This document shows, one piece after another, positions 13,300 to 27,440 of a DNA stretch of 64,000 bases (position 1 is the first letter of the stretch; each line of letters opens with the position of its first letter). Position numbers and translations under genes: made by a program. This DNA is from Octopus vulgaris. Taxonomy: Eukaryota. The stretch covers positions 89,218,001-89,282,000 of the forward strand of contig OX597824.1 of assembly GCA_951406725.2 (NCBI GenBank). The letters are read 5' to 3'. The notes beneath the pieces are model-generated. The model was not told where the DNA came from, made no database searches, and saw nothing but the letters and a program-made list of their open reading frames with translations.

Positions 13300-13457
13300 G
13301 CACTCATATATGTATATATATATATATATGTACACACACACATAGATATATATATATATACATACTTACACATACACACTCACACACACATACACACACA
13401 CACACATATATATATATACATATATATACGCACTCTTGTATGTATATATACATATAT

Positions 13458-13547
<90 letters not shown>

Positions 13548-13769
13548 ATGCATGTATATATGTATATGTATGAGTGTATAAATGTCTGTGTGTCACTCCG
13601 AGCATTTCAGTTCAAAATATAACTGTTCTTTGCAGATTCAGTCTGGTGCTTCGAAAATAAAAATTCAACACACACAATAAAAAAAAAAGATCATCGTAGT
13701 CTTCATCCTCTTCCTCTTCTTCTTATTGTTGTTCTTCTTCTACCGTGGTCGTCGTCGTGATCGTTGTAC

Positions 13770-13830
13770 TCATGATGACGACGACGACGACGACGACGAC
13801 GATGATGATGATGATGATGACGATGATGAC

Positions 13831-13885
<55 letters not shown>

Positions 13886-14049
13886 TTGATGGTGGTGATT
13901 ATGATGATGGTGATGATGATGATGATGGTGATGATGATGACGATGGTGATGATGATGATGATAATGATGATGATGACGATGATGATGATGATGATGATGA
14001 TGACGATGATGATGATGATGATGATGATGACGATGATGATGATGATGAC

Positions 14050-14088
<39 letters not shown>

Positions 14089-14090
14089 GA
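13770..14090. repeat. (GAT/GAC)n trinucleotide repeat
   Basis: Direct reading. Confidence 0.95.
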
Positions 14091-14340
14091 ACAAAAACAG
14101 GAAGAGCAACGATGATGACGATGATAGGAGGAAAAATGTCTTTATTTGCCAAACAAGCTTCTCCCCCCCCCCCACCGACATTGCGAAAAAAAGATGTATA
14201 AATAAAAGAGACTTTTGGAAAAAAGAACTTTTGCAAGCATAACAAAAATAATGTTTATATGTTTGTTAGAAGGTTGTACAAATAATACGCCATGTGTACA
14301 TATCAATGTATGTATGTATATATGTATGTATATATGTATG

Positions 14341-14374
<34 letters not shown>

Positions 14375-14427
14375 TGTATGTATGTATGTATGCATGTATG
14401 TATGTATGTATGTATGTATGTATTATA

Positions 14428-14471
<44 letters not shown>

Positions 14472-14515
14472 ATATATAAGTATGTATGTATCTATGTATT
14501 ATATGTATGTATGTA

Positions 14516-14635
<120 letters not shown>

Positions 14636-14964
14636 TGTGTGTGTGTGTGTGTGTGTATGTATATAAAAGAGATACCACCAGCGAATCAGCTACGTAACCT
14701 GTTTGTATGTTATGCAATTACTACGAACAAAACAACCAATCTAATAATAATAACAATAATAATAATAATTTTAATAATAATAGTGATGATGATGATGATG
14801 ATGATGATAATGATAATAACGACAATAACAACAGCAACAAGAATACAAATATGTACCTTTTGTTTATTTTTCGTCTGTAATTGTTTTTTGCCTTTTTTCA
14901 GCTCCTCCCTCAATACCAAACTTCCCAAACTCCTGCAACACTTGTTCCCAACCCCGCCTCCACA

Positions 14965-15015
<51 letters not shown>

Positions 15016-15075
15016 ACGCGCACACACACGCAAACATGCACGCTCACACACGCACACACTCACATTCACACACAC

Positions 15076-15117
<42 letters not shown>

Positions 15118-15135
15118 GTACATATATACATTTGA

Positions 15136-15172
<37 letters not shown>

Positions 15173-15336
15173 CACACATATATATATAGACATATATACA
15201 CTTATTCATATATACATATGTGTATTTTCATATATATATATATATCCGTGTATATACATATATATATATATTCGTATATATATATATATACATATGAAAT
15301 AGAATATATATATATATATATATTCGTATATATTTC

Positions 15337-15371
<35 letters not shown>

Positions 15372-15766
15372 GTATATATATATATATACATATGAAATAG
15401 AAATAGAATAAGGAAAATCATATTTAAATAATAAACCATAAGCCTGTGTAAGAAGCGATATACATTTTCCCCAAGTACAACAAAAAAAATTCACATTTCC
15501 CCCTAAACAGCGGTAAACAATTTTGAAAAACACGCTACGCGTTATGTGTATTGCGACCGAGTTCTTTGCTTGAACTAAACTTTACTTTACGAGATTAGAT
15601 TAGAGCCGATTAGGGCCAATTCCTTCAATACATTAGAAGATTCTACCATTGAGATTGATGCATGCATACATACAAACATAAATATATATATATATATATA
15701 TATACATATATATATAGCTTAATCCAAACTTTGTTTTCACATGATATACATACATACATATATATA

Positions 15767-15804
<38 letters not shown>

Positions 15805-15899
15805 TAGTAGAAGTAACAGAATGACTCGTGGTCGGAGAGTTTCGTGTGTTGGCACTAAGTGCTAACGTACGAATCTTTCGGTACTTAAGTCACTGTGCT

Positions 15900-15948
<49 letters not shown>

Positions 15949-16004
15949 CATACATACATACATATACATACATATATATATATAATATTTATATAGAAAA
16001 TTTG

Positions 16005-16329
16005 TTTTTCAGAATGAGATAAAAAAAGCCAAGGCTGTGAAGATTTTAGAACATTTACAAATAGGTCTTACAGCTGTTTCCGGGATATTTATTATATCTC
16101 TTCATCGGTGACGGCGTGAGAGAATGGTTAAGCAATAGTTATTCTAGATGAGATGCGAAATGTTTCCGATAAAGGAATATAATAAATATCCCGGAAACAT
16201 CTGTAAGACCTATTTGTAAATGTTCTAATATCTTCACAGCCTTGTTGTTGTTTTTTATCTCATTCTGAAAAAAATTTATATATATATGAAAAATTTATAT
16301 ATATATAAAAAAATTTATATATATATGAA

Positions 16330-16371
<42 letters not shown>

Positions 16372-16757
16372 TATATATATATATCATATATATAAATATA
16401 TAGGAGGTTATGAGAGGTAATGGTGTCATTGAGACCCAAAGTTGTCAGGTAATGCTGAATAAGTGCTATGGACAGACGATAGTTAAGCTCCAGGTTCGAT
16501 GATTATGCGAATAAAGAGACCATCGTAGGTCATATATCAGTATGTGTACATATAAAATTTTTTTCAGAATGAGATAAAAAAACAACAACAAGGCTGTGAA
16601 GATATTAGAACATTTACAAATAGGCCTTACAGCTGTTTCCGGGATATTTACTATATTCCTTTATCGGAAACATTTCGCATCTTATCTAGAATAACTGTTG
16701 CTTAACCATTCTCTCACACCGTCACCGATGAAGAGATATAATAAATATCCCGGAACG
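16005..16757. mobile_element. Penelope pLTR-like unit in three alternating orientations with CCGAUGA hammerhead variant
   Basis: 16005-16100 vs 16175-16272 inverted; 16560-16757 is the reverse complement of about 16078-16272; fold GUCA CCGAUGA a GAGAUAU aauaa AUAUCCC g GAAAC AGCU GU A AGAC (16065-16112, minus). Confidence 0.7.
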
Positions 16758-16919
16758 CTAATCCCGGATTTCCGTGTATTCGTGGATTTCCAGATGTATC
16801 TCCATTAATACGATCGGTTTTCGTTGTGAAATTGTTCTTGGTAGCCGATACGTGTGGACGAGGTTTGTTAAGCAAACTACAAACATTCATACTCAAATTG
16901 AACTGATGCGCATATAAAC

Positions 16920-17510
<591 letters not shown>

Positions 17511-17724
17511 AACTTGGAAGAGGATGCGTGGCGTTTCGTCATATAATAATAAAAAAAATAAATAAAACATATGCATATATACATGCATATATGTACGTAT
17601 CTACATCTATATGTATATATACATGCATGGTTCTGTTTTTATGCTTTCGTTTCTCATTGTGTATGATGATGATGATGATGATGATAATGATAATGATAAT
17701 AATAATAACAACAGCAATAATAAC

Positions 17725-17796
<72 letters not shown>

Positions 17797-17797
17797 G

Positions 17798-17832
<35 letters not shown>

Positions 17833-17834
<2 letters not shown>

Positions 17835-18425
17835 ATGACCACATCTCACTCCTCTGGAACTTCACCATTCAAACTGACAGGAAGATAGATGCAAATAGGC
17901 CAGACATCATATTGAAAAACTTCAAACAAAGAACATGCCTCCTCATTGATATGACTGTCCCAATCGATATAAACGTATCTGTCAAGACCTACCAAAAACT
18001 GAGCAAATATAAAGATCTTGAAATAGAAATCAGCAAAATGTGGAAGCTGAAGACTAAAACAATACCTGTTGTCATAGGTGCCCTGGGAATGATAGCAAAA
18101 GGGGCTGATAGCTACCTAACTCAGATACCAGGAAACCCAAAAATGGCAGAAGTTCAAAAGATAGTGCTCATGGGAACTGCTCATATCCTACGCAAAATAC
18201 TCTCTATGTAATCTCAAGGTTTAAAACAAACATAATTTTCGGTTTAAAAAAAAAAAAAAAAAAACTTTTTTTTTTTAGACATTCATTAGTACAACATCCC
18301 CACCTCCCAAATATATGGCACACTAGGCATAACAACAACATGAACTTCCAACCCTGTTGTCTCTTGAGGTCTCTGGGTGAGACTTGGAGCCAACTTGTAC
18401 AAATATAAAGCAAAAGTCAAACATA

Positions 18426-18428
<3 letters not shown>
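17833..18428 (+). mobile_element. R4/Dong LINE 3' end (RLE domain + 3' UTR) inserted in (AAT)n
   Basis: Open frame LLWNFTIQTDRKIDANRPDII...LIDMTVP...KLSKYKDLEIEISKMW...IPVVIGALG...AHILRKILSM*; (AAT)n on both sides, the known Dong target. Confidence 0.92.
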
Positions 18429-18497
<69 letters not shown>

Positions 18498-18729
18498 TAA
18501 CAATAACAGCAACACCAATCCTTTTTACTATAGGCTCAAGGTCTGAAATTTGGCAGGAGGGGTCTTAACGATCACACTGACCCCAATGCTTAAATAGTAC
18601 TTTATTTTATCGATTTCTCGACCCCGGAACAATGAAATACAAAGCTGATATCGGCAATATTTGAACTCAGAACGTAAAAATCTGAAAGAAATTCCACCAA
18701 GTATCTCTTCTGGTGCACAAACTACCCCC

Positions 18730-19050
18730 GTTCCTCTCATCCTTGCCGTCCTACAATCTTCAGAGGTGTTTCTTGTGGATATTCATGACAGTTCCACCCG
18801 TTTCGAACTCGTCTCTAATTCGAGTGGTGGTGAGTGGCGTAGGTGGGTCAGTTTGAAAATCCTTCCTCAGCTGTTTTTTGCTCTTCGTCAGCATTTTAAA
18901 ATTTCTTCAGAGGCATTTCAGCACAAATTTGCTTTGTTGAAAGCTTCGTCTGACTGGTTTCATTATTTCTAATGGGTTCAATCTGAAAAGAAATGAAAAT
19001 TATTTAAGCTAGCAAGTGTGAAAGGGTGTATACATCTTCTGTGAACACCT

Positions 19051-19052
<2 letters not shown>
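18730..19052 (-). mobile_element. Tc1/mariner (DUF4817-type HTH) transposase 5' remnant
   Basis: SFQQSKFVLKC / QLRKDFQTDPPTPLTTTRIRDEFETGGTVMNIHKKH; frameshifted. Confidence 0.65.
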
Positions 19053-19092
<40 letters not shown>

Positions 19093-20123
19093 TATGAACA
19101 TGTCTGTATATAAGTAGTTATATGTATGTGTATGTATATGTATATATATATGTATATATGTATATGTATATATATGTATATATATGTTTATGTATATATA
19201 TATGTATATGGATATATATGTATATATATGTTTATGTATATATATGTTTATGTATATATATATATATATATATGTTTATGTATATATATATATATATATA
19301 TATAATTATGTACATGTATGAATGTATAGGTTGGTGTACAGAGAAACACAGTCATTTATATGCACACACAAACGCACACACATGCACACACGCGCGCGCA
19401 CGCACACAGTCTCACACACACACACATACAGCTAGACAGACGCACACGCATACTTACAAACGCGCGCACGCATTGCTTTCGCGTGTCATAAATAGTAAAA
19501 CGGCAGACTTAAACGTTTTTGAAGTATTTAATAATAATTTACATCACTCAATGGATAAATTGTTATATATTTTTTTCCCCTCATTTGTTTTACAATTCTT
19601 CAAATAATGTTTAGAAAGCTCTTTTACTCTTCAACTTCCTGTCCGATTTTTTCCGCCATTTTACGAACGCGGTCGTCTGGTCAATGAACCCTCGCTTTCA
19701 TTATGCTAAAAGCAGCCAAGGTACAGCATTATTGCTATTAGCAGTATTCATAGTAGTACCATAATAATTAGAGTTGTTTTTTGTCGTAGTCCTACCAGTA
19801 ATAGTATTTTGGTGACCGTTTTTGTAATGGCGGCGGTGATAGTAATAGCGAATAGGTTCTTTATAGCCGCGTTGTTAGTTACGGTTGCTGATGCATACAG
19901 ATGTGGCGAGGGCGTTGTTGCTGGCGGTTGATGTTATTAGTAGCGGTGATGGACGTGTTGGTTGTGCTTGTTGGTGGCCATGGTGGAAGCGGTTGTGGTG
20001 GTGACGTTGGTGGCGGTCGTTGAAGCAGAAGAGTCGTTGATAGTGTTAATAGATATCTATATAGGGCCACGAGCTGCCGGAATCGTTAGCATACCCGACA
20101 AAGTGCTTAGCGGCATTTCATCT

Positions 20124-20509
20124 CTTTACTCTTTTACTCTTTTACTTGTTTCAGTTATTTGACTGCAGCCATGCTGGAACACCGCCTTTAGTCGAGTAGA
20201 TCGCCTAGTACTTATTCCATCGGGCTCTTTGCCGAACCGCTAGGTTACGGGGACGCAAACACACCAGTGTCGGTTGTCAAGCGATGTTGAGGGGTCAAAC
20301 ACAGACACACAAACACACACACACACACATACATATACATATATACGACGGGCTTCTTTCAGTTTCCGTCTACCAAATCCACTCACAAGGCTTTGGTCAA
20401 CCTGAGGCTATAGTGGAAGACACTTGCCCAAGGTGCCACGCAGTGGTACTGAACCCGGAACCATGTGGTTGGTAAGCAAGCTACTTACCACACAGCCACT
20501 TCTGTGCCT
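20124..20509 (-). mobile_element. SINE-B inserted in an old SINE-A
   Basis: Full head, central microsatellite, gaaacaagtaaaagagtaaaagag tail; SINE-A halves at 20065-20122 and 20510-20680. Confidence 0.9.
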
Positions 20510-21030
20510 ATCTGTCCTTTTTTTTGTTTTTTTGTCTGAGTTCAAATGCCACCGAACTCGAATATGCCTTTCATTCTATCTGAATCAATAAAATAAAAAC
20601 CAATTAAAATCTGGGGATCGATGTAATCGATTAGGCCCTTCTCTGAAATTGCTGGCCTTGAGCCAAAATTTGAAGCTTATGTTAGACGTTCATGTAAGGC
20701 AGCGAAATTGCAGAATCGTTAAAGACCGGACAAAATGCTTAACACCATTTCGTCCGGCTTAACGTTCTGAGTTTAGATGCTGCTGAGGTCGACTTTGCTT
20801 TTCATCTTTTCTGGCTCGATAAAATAAGTAGGAGGTGAACACAAGGATCGATTAAATCTATCTAGCCCCTCCCACGGAATTGTTGGCCTTCGACCAAAAT
20901 TTGAAAGCAATGTCAGATGACAGTATGGGTGGTGCTAGTGGTTGTGGTGGTAGTGGTGCTCATAGAGGAGTAGTAGTAGTCGTAGTATTAGTAGTAGTAG
21001 GGGTCGATTAAATTAGTACCAGTTACGAAT

Positions 21031-21249
21031 ACTCTTTTACTCTTTTACTTGTTTCAGTCATTTGACTGCGGCCATGCTGGAGCACCGCCTTTAGTCGAGC
21101 AAATCGACCCCAGGATTTATTCTTTGTAAACCTAGTACTTATTCTATCGGTCTCTTTTGCCGAACCACTAAGTTACAGGCACGTAAACACACCAGCATCG
21201 GTTGTAAGCGATGTTTGGGGGACAAACACAGACACACAAACATACACAC

Positions 21250-21292
<43 letters not shown>

Positions 21293-21476
21293 TATATATA
21301 TATACATATATACGACGGGCTTCTTTCAGTTTCCGTCTACCAAATCCACTCACAAGGCTTTGGTCAACCCGAGGCTATAGTAGAAGACACTTGCCCAAGT
21401 TGCCATGCAGTTGGACTGAACCCGGAACCATGTGGTTGGTAAGCAAGCTACTTACCACACAGCCACTCCTACGCCT
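21031..21476 (-). mobile_element. SINE-B full length
   Basis: Near-identical to 50698-51160. Confidence 0.92.
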
Positions 21477-21479
21477 ATA

Positions 21480-21782
21480 AATACTTCAATTTCAAGTTCT
21501 TTGCCAATTTCTCCACTTCTTTTTTGACAATATTTTGCTCAGAAGGAACTGCAACGTCTATCAGTAAGCAGGTGTTTTTTTCCCCAATCCTTGGCTACTA
21601 TGTCTGGGCAATTAGCTTTTGTTTCTTTATCTCTTTGAACCGGCATATCTCAGATGATTGTGGCCTGGTCGTTGTCTTGTATCTTGTTTGACACACGCTT
21701 ATATCACCGATTGTCAGTTTTAATGTTGTAATGTTGGCATATTGTCCAGTGGATAGAACTGCTTACTTTGTCGTGTCTGTAT
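21480..21782 (-). mobile_element. R4/Dong LINE RLE fragment
   Basis: YRHDKVSSSIHWTICQHY...ANCPDIV...CLLIDVAVP...KEVEKL. Confidence 0.8.
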
Positions 21783-21887
21783 ATTATTATTGTTATTATT
21801 ATCATTATTAATATATAAAGGATCGAGTCAACTCCTCCTGAAGATATAGAATTAAGATTCATCTTTTAGTAGTCTGTACTTTTAAAT

Positions 21888-21889
<2 letters not shown>

Positions 21890-21943
<54 letters not shown>

Positions 21944-21944
21944 G

Positions 21945-22001
<57 letters not shown>

Positions 22002-22038
22002 GTAGTAGTAGCAACAGCAGCAGTAGTAGTAGTAGTAA

Positions 22039-22087
<49 letters not shown>

Positions 22088-22088
22088 T
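21890..22088. repeat. (CTA)n directly followed by (TAG)n: self-complementary microsatellite
   Basis: Strand switch at ctactagtagt near 22000. Confidence 0.95.
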
Positions 22089-22960
22089 ATTGTTGTTCAT
22101 GCTGAACTTCTAGCTTCAGGATAACATTTCTTATTTTATAGGTTTTTTTTATTTGTCATTGTTATTATTTAGACAATATGATGAAACATTTGAACAATGA
22201 CCCTATTTCCGTGGGGTTGACAGACAGTTGTTTTGAGGAATATTTAAAAATATTTGTAGTTTTGCAAAATATTCTTTGCAAGTGATTAAATATGGCTTCT
22301 TATGGAAAAGCGGCAAGGTTTGTCAGACTCGAACATCGAAGGTACGAATATGTTTCTCGGAGCAAAATTTAGAAAGCAAGAATAAATACAAAAAAACAAA
22401 TATAAAAAAATGATTAAAACTGAACAAGCTGAGAGTTACAAACAGACGTTTATACGTTAATGAATAACGAAGGAAGAACGTAACGATAACTTTAATGATA
22501 ACATTGGTAATAAAAACTGCTGCAACAACAGATTTTCTCGTGAGGCACTGCTCAGGCGTTATCAATGACACTAGAATAAAAACGTGGGAGACGTGCGTTA
22601 CAAACGACAGTGCCTCCTTTCTCGAAGTAGTCATCGAGGAAAGAACAAGAAGGGAAGTAATCGAGGGGTTACTTATATGCGCACGAAGTAACGGTTTTAA
22701 GCTGCACTAGCTGATGACGAGTCGTAAAATGAACGCTCAGTCGAATAGAACCGGATGTATGTAAGTATATAATTTGTCTTTAGTAGTGAAGATGAGGCAA
22801 GGTGATAGGTGAAGCTGGTGCATTAAAGCCCATAGGTTTGCGCCCCGTTGTAGTCAGGCTTCCGCTGCTATGACTTCATCGGTGTTGTCTGATGAAGTCG
22901 TAATGTCTCGTGGTGCATCTTTGTTTTACAGTGCTTCTTCTCTGTTCGTCGATTTTTGCG

Positions 22961-23605
22961 ATGGCTGAAATGAAGGAACAGTGTACCTTCGTCAGCTTGC
23001 GTAATGACATGCATAAGATCTGGTCATCAAATCTAAGTAGAGACTTCAAACTTGAAATCTTCAAAGCCACAGTCGAACCAATTCTACTATATGGCTCAGA
23101 AACCTGGACGTTATCAAAGAAGCTTGAGAGGCGGTTGGATGGAACCTACACTCGCCTCCTTATGAGAGCTCAAAATCTCTCGTGGAAGCACCATCCAACC
23201 AAAATGCAAATATATGGGAAACTACCACCTGTGTCATCTCTTGTGAAAGGTAGGAGAGTCCAGTTTGCTGGACATTGTTGTAGAGCTGAAAAAGAGGTAA
23301 TTTCTACTCTTCTCTGGAAGCCATTTACTCGCAATACCAGAGGGCGCACACTCTCCTACCCTGATGTAATCTCCAGGGATACAGGCATCCAGCAACAGGA
23401 CCTCCGTAATGCTATGATGGACCGTGAAGTCTGGCGTAGCATGTTAAATTCCATTGTCTCGACCACGGTCGAACAATGATGGTGATGATGTACCTTAGTG
23501 AAATTCAGTTTTCTCGAAACAGTTGTCACGCTTCAAACAGCTTACAAAGACACTGCCATAAGCAAGACACAAGTTTACGAGTGGTTTTTTACGCTTTAGG
23601 AAGGT
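22961..23605 (+). mobile_element. Mariner transposase N-terminal remnant split by an RTE insertion
   Basis: MAEMKEQCTFV (22961-22993) continues after the RTE as KFSFLETVVTLQTAYKDTAISKTQVYEWFLRFRK. Confidence 0.65.
22995..23488 (+). mobile_element. 5'-truncated RTE-clade LINE
   Basis: KIWSSNLSRDFKLEIFKATVEPILLYGSETWTL...QFAGHCCR...AMMDREVWR; (TGA)n tail; imperfect TSD tgtaccttcgtca / tgtaccttagtga. Confidence 0.92.
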
Positions 23606-23741
23606 GCACGGCGACAGGACAGTGAATGCTTCTCATCTGCTGGGCTCCAGTGGTTTGGCGTGAATCCTCATAGATCAGTTCGTTCAATTGACTCTCATTC
23701 CACTGAACAGCTCGGCCGCAACACAGATGAAGCTGCATTTC

Positions 23742-23974
23742 TATTTCTTTACTAACCACAAGGGGCTAAACACAGAGAAGACAAACAAGGACAGACAAAC
23801 GGATTAAGTCGATTAGATCGACCCCAGTGCGTAACTGGTACTTATTTAATCGACCCCGAAAGGATGAAAGGCAAAGTCGACCTCGGCGGAATTTGAACCC
23901 AGAACGTAGCGGCATACGAAATACCGCTAAGCACTTCGCCCGGCGTGTTAACATTTCTGCCAGCTCGCCGCCTT
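23742..23974 (-). mobile_element. SINE-A full length
   Basis: aaggcggcgagctggcagaa head to gtaaagaaatag tail. Confidence 0.92.
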
Positions 23975-24720
23975 TAACCTTCCTCAGTTTCTGTCATGTG
24001 CTGTTAACAATGTTCGACAAGAGAGATAACTCTCTGTGTATAAAACCTCGTAGCATATCTCAGAAAATCACATTTATCCTCCCCAATCCATTTGCAACAG
24101 CTTCGTTTTATTAATATCTGGGTTCAGAGTGCTTATAAGTGACAGAATTATCTCTTTTTTTTTTATAGTCAGTTGCGAATGACAGTAAACATTAGCAGAA
24201 GCTTAATAGAAAAAATCTGCTTCACGTAGAGATTGTTTGCGAACGCAAATTCATTTTCCGCCATTTTAAAGTGGAATATTCCATTTTCTGGCTTTACACC
24301 CCTCCCTACTTTGCTTCCATTGTTCTTTCATGCAGACAATAAAGTAATTTCAAGAATTCGCTTCGTCTCCGTAAACCAGGAAAAACAAAAGAAGAATTCC
24401 GAATATCAAAAAGACCAATTACAAAAGAATGCTGAGATTAAATAAAAGTTTTCATCAGATGTTTTCAAAAGGAGGATAAAAATCTTATTTTGCTTTTAAA
24501 TATAAATCAGTTTCCAGTTGTATAAACTTACTTCTTTGAAAACAAGGAGCAAAGAATTAATTTAGGAACGGTAGCCTGCCTTTAAGGAGGGTCTTTCATG
24601 GAGAAAGAATGACTGAGGGATTAGTTAATGCTGATATACAGTATAATACTTGTCTGTAGAAGTTTTCGCTCAGGAATAATCGGCGTTGTTTACCATTGAT
24701 CCAAGCTATATTCAAAGTGT

Positions 24721-25028
24721 GGAGGCACAATGGCCCAGTGGTTAGGGCAGCGGACTCGCGGTCGTAGGATCGCGGTTTCGATTCCCAGACCGGGCGTTGT
24801 GAGTGTTTATTGAGCGAAAACACCTAAAGCTCCACGAGTGTCCGGCAGGCTGGTGGTGGCGATCCCTGCTGTATTCTTTCGCCACAACTTTCTCTCACTC
24901 TTTCTTCTGTCGGCCTGCTCGCTTAGCCAGCGGGGTGGCGTCATCTGAAGGCTAAATCAATGCGAAGCGCATTGTGACCAGCGATGTGTAGCAACATCTG
25001 ATAGCCTGGTCGGTCACGGTGATCACGG
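24721..25028 (+). mobile_element. SINE-C with an alternative tail
   Basis: Head nearly identical to the 16983-17366 copy; 3' half unrelated. Confidence 0.88.
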
Positions 25029-25093
25029 GGATATTCAAAGTACGTAATTGGGAAAGAACCAGACAAGATACAAGTTTTATGTTCATTATTCGC

Positions 25094-25322
25094 AAGGCGG
25101 CGTGCTGGCAGAATCGTTAGCACATCGGACACTATCAATACTAGCAGTATTTCGTTTGTCTTTACGTTCTGAGTTCAAATTCCGCCGAGGTCGAATTTCC
25201 TTTTCGTCCTTTCGGGGTCGATAAATTAAGTATCACTGAAGCACTGGGGGTCGGTGTAATCGACTAGTCCCCTTCCTCCAAATTTCAGGCCTTGTGCCTA
25301 TAGTAGAAAGGATTATTATTAT
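25094..25322 (+). mobile_element. SINE-A, alternative tail ending (ATT)n
   Basis: Tail ...ggccttgtgcctatagtagaaaggattattatt. Confidence 0.88.
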
Positions 25323-25329
25323 TCAGTAG

Positions 25330-26260
25330 TCCTATCCTATTTTTATCATGTGCTTTCACTGCACTACCAAGCGTAGCTCTGAGTGCCTTGAGCATCTGCT
25401 GTGGCTTGTTTTGGTGTTATTTCCACTTTATTGAAAGTGTTTTACGTAGGGTGTGTGCGGGGCTTGGTAGTGCTATTTTCTGAATGCTGTATATATTTGT
25501 AACTTCTGGTGTTTTGATTATGTATATTTACAGATATATTTTTATCTTTGGGAACACTTACATCTATTAGTCTACAAGTATTTTCTTCCCTGTCTTTAAT
25601 GGCTATGTCTGGTCGATTAGCCTGGATCGTTCTGTCAGTGTTGACTGGAAAATTCCAGAGGATAGTGACATTTTTGCCTTCAACGACTGGCTCAGGATGA
25701 CGTTCATACCGGTAAGCAGGAGTGTTGATTTTGTAGTGTTTACATGTTTACCATTTTAAATACTGTCCTACCCTATCGTGGCAATTTTTGTATTCGTTTG
25801 GTGTCAGCACAGGACATTCCGAAACGAGACGGTCTATTGTTTCGTCAAATTTGAAGAACGTTAGCCCGGTAGTTTTTGGTAAGCTAGCTTTGATTTTGTA
25901 CCTATTTCTTTACTACCCACAAAGGGTTAAACACAGAGGGGACAAACAAGGACAGACAAACGGATTAAGTCGATTATATCGCCGCCAGTGCGTAACTGGT
26001 ACTTAATTTATCGACCCCGAAAGGATGAAAGGCAAAGTCGACCTCGGCGGAATTTGAACTAAGAACGTAACGGCAGACGAAATACGGCTACGCATTTCGC
26101 CCGGCGTGCTAACATTTCACCCATATCGCCGCTAGCTTTGATTTTGTACCACCAATACGAAACCTTCAGTCTCTGCTTTCATTCCTGAGCTTCTCAGCCA
26201 CCGATGGGTTATTGCTTGGTCTACATCAGTATTTCAGCTTTGAAGTATCTACTGCCCATG
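25330..26260 (-). mobile_element. R4/Dong LINE fragments (zinc knuckle + RLE + 3' end)
   Basis: WLRSSGMKAETEGFV, ETIDRLVSECPVLTPNEYKNCHDRVGQY, ILWNFPVNTDRTIQANRPDI, IQKIAL...AHTLRKTLS. Confidence 0.85.
25902..26130 (-). mobile_element. SINE-A with 19 bp TSD
   Basis: TSD gctagctttgattttgtac at 25883-25901 and 26131-26149. Confidence 0.95.
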
Positions 26261-26659
26261 TAATATATTATTTTTATTATTATTAAACGAGTTCATTATG
26301 AACAAATTTCACCATTTTCAATTGAAACGTTGCAAATAATAAGACCGTTTTTAATGGTCAGTCGATTGGTTACAGCAAACGGTACTCGGCGATGAGAACA
26401 CTGGAGTGGGTTTACAACAAATTTGCGATTATAGCCTCCGTCTTATTTCAAAGTTTTTTTTTTAGAGATATCATCATTTAAACGATGCCTATTATGGTTA
26501 TTGGTACAAGCTGTTGCAGCAGCAGCAGCTGATGTTGTTGCTGTCGTTGTTGTTGTTGTTATGATGGCTATTAGTTTTAAAGTATTGGACCATCGTGTAC
26601 GGAATATTTCCTCTCTACCAGCGTTATATCCTCACCTGCTCTACCTACTCGGGGAAAAC

Positions 26660-26981
26660 AGTTCCTCCTCCTCCTCCTCCTCCTCCTCCTACTACTACTA
26701 CTACTACTACTACTACTGCTGCTGCTGCTACTACTACTGCTACAACTACTATCACTACCACCACCACCACCACCACCACCACTACTACTACTACTACTAC
26801 TGCTCTACTACTACTACTACTACTGCTCTACTACTACTACCACCACCACCACCACTACCACTACTACTACTACTACTACCACCATCACCACCACTACCAC
26901 TATTGCTGCTGCTGCTACTACTACTACTACCACCACCACCACCACCACTACTACTACAACTACTACTACTACTGCTGCTGC

Positions 26982-27017
<36 letters not shown>

Positions 27018-27078
27018 CAACATTACCACCACCACTACTACTACTACTACCACCACCACCACCACCACCACCACCACA

Positions 27079-27125
<47 letters not shown>

Positions 27126-27374
27126 TACCACTACCACCACCACCACCACAACCACCACCACTGCTACTACTACTACTACTGCTGCTGCTACTACTACTAC
27201 TACTACTACCACCATCACCAACACCACCACCACCACCACTACTACTACTACTACTGCTACCACCACCACCAACACCACCACCACCACTACTACTACTACT
27301 ACTACTGCCACCACCACCACCACCACCACCACCACTACTACTACTACTACTACTTCTACTACCACCACCACCAT

Positions 27375-27439
<65 letters not shown>

Positions 27440-27440
27440 T
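26660..27440. repeat. Compound (CTA/CCA/CTG)n repeat
   Basis: Direct reading. Confidence 0.95.

Noticed and set aside
18730-18985. Host exon after a strong ttcttttcag acceptor (minus)
   Set aside because: Frames contain stops and the peptide matches a mariner-type transposase N-terminus
22706-22750. Hammerhead (ctgatga...cgaat)
   Set aside because: No GAAA or stem III; similar incomplete cores at 8941, 34345, 35965 and 50001 were also not called
24721-24795. tRNA-Arg gene
   Set aside because: It is the head of a multi-copy SINE and continues into SINE body; the same holds for the other tRNA-like heads
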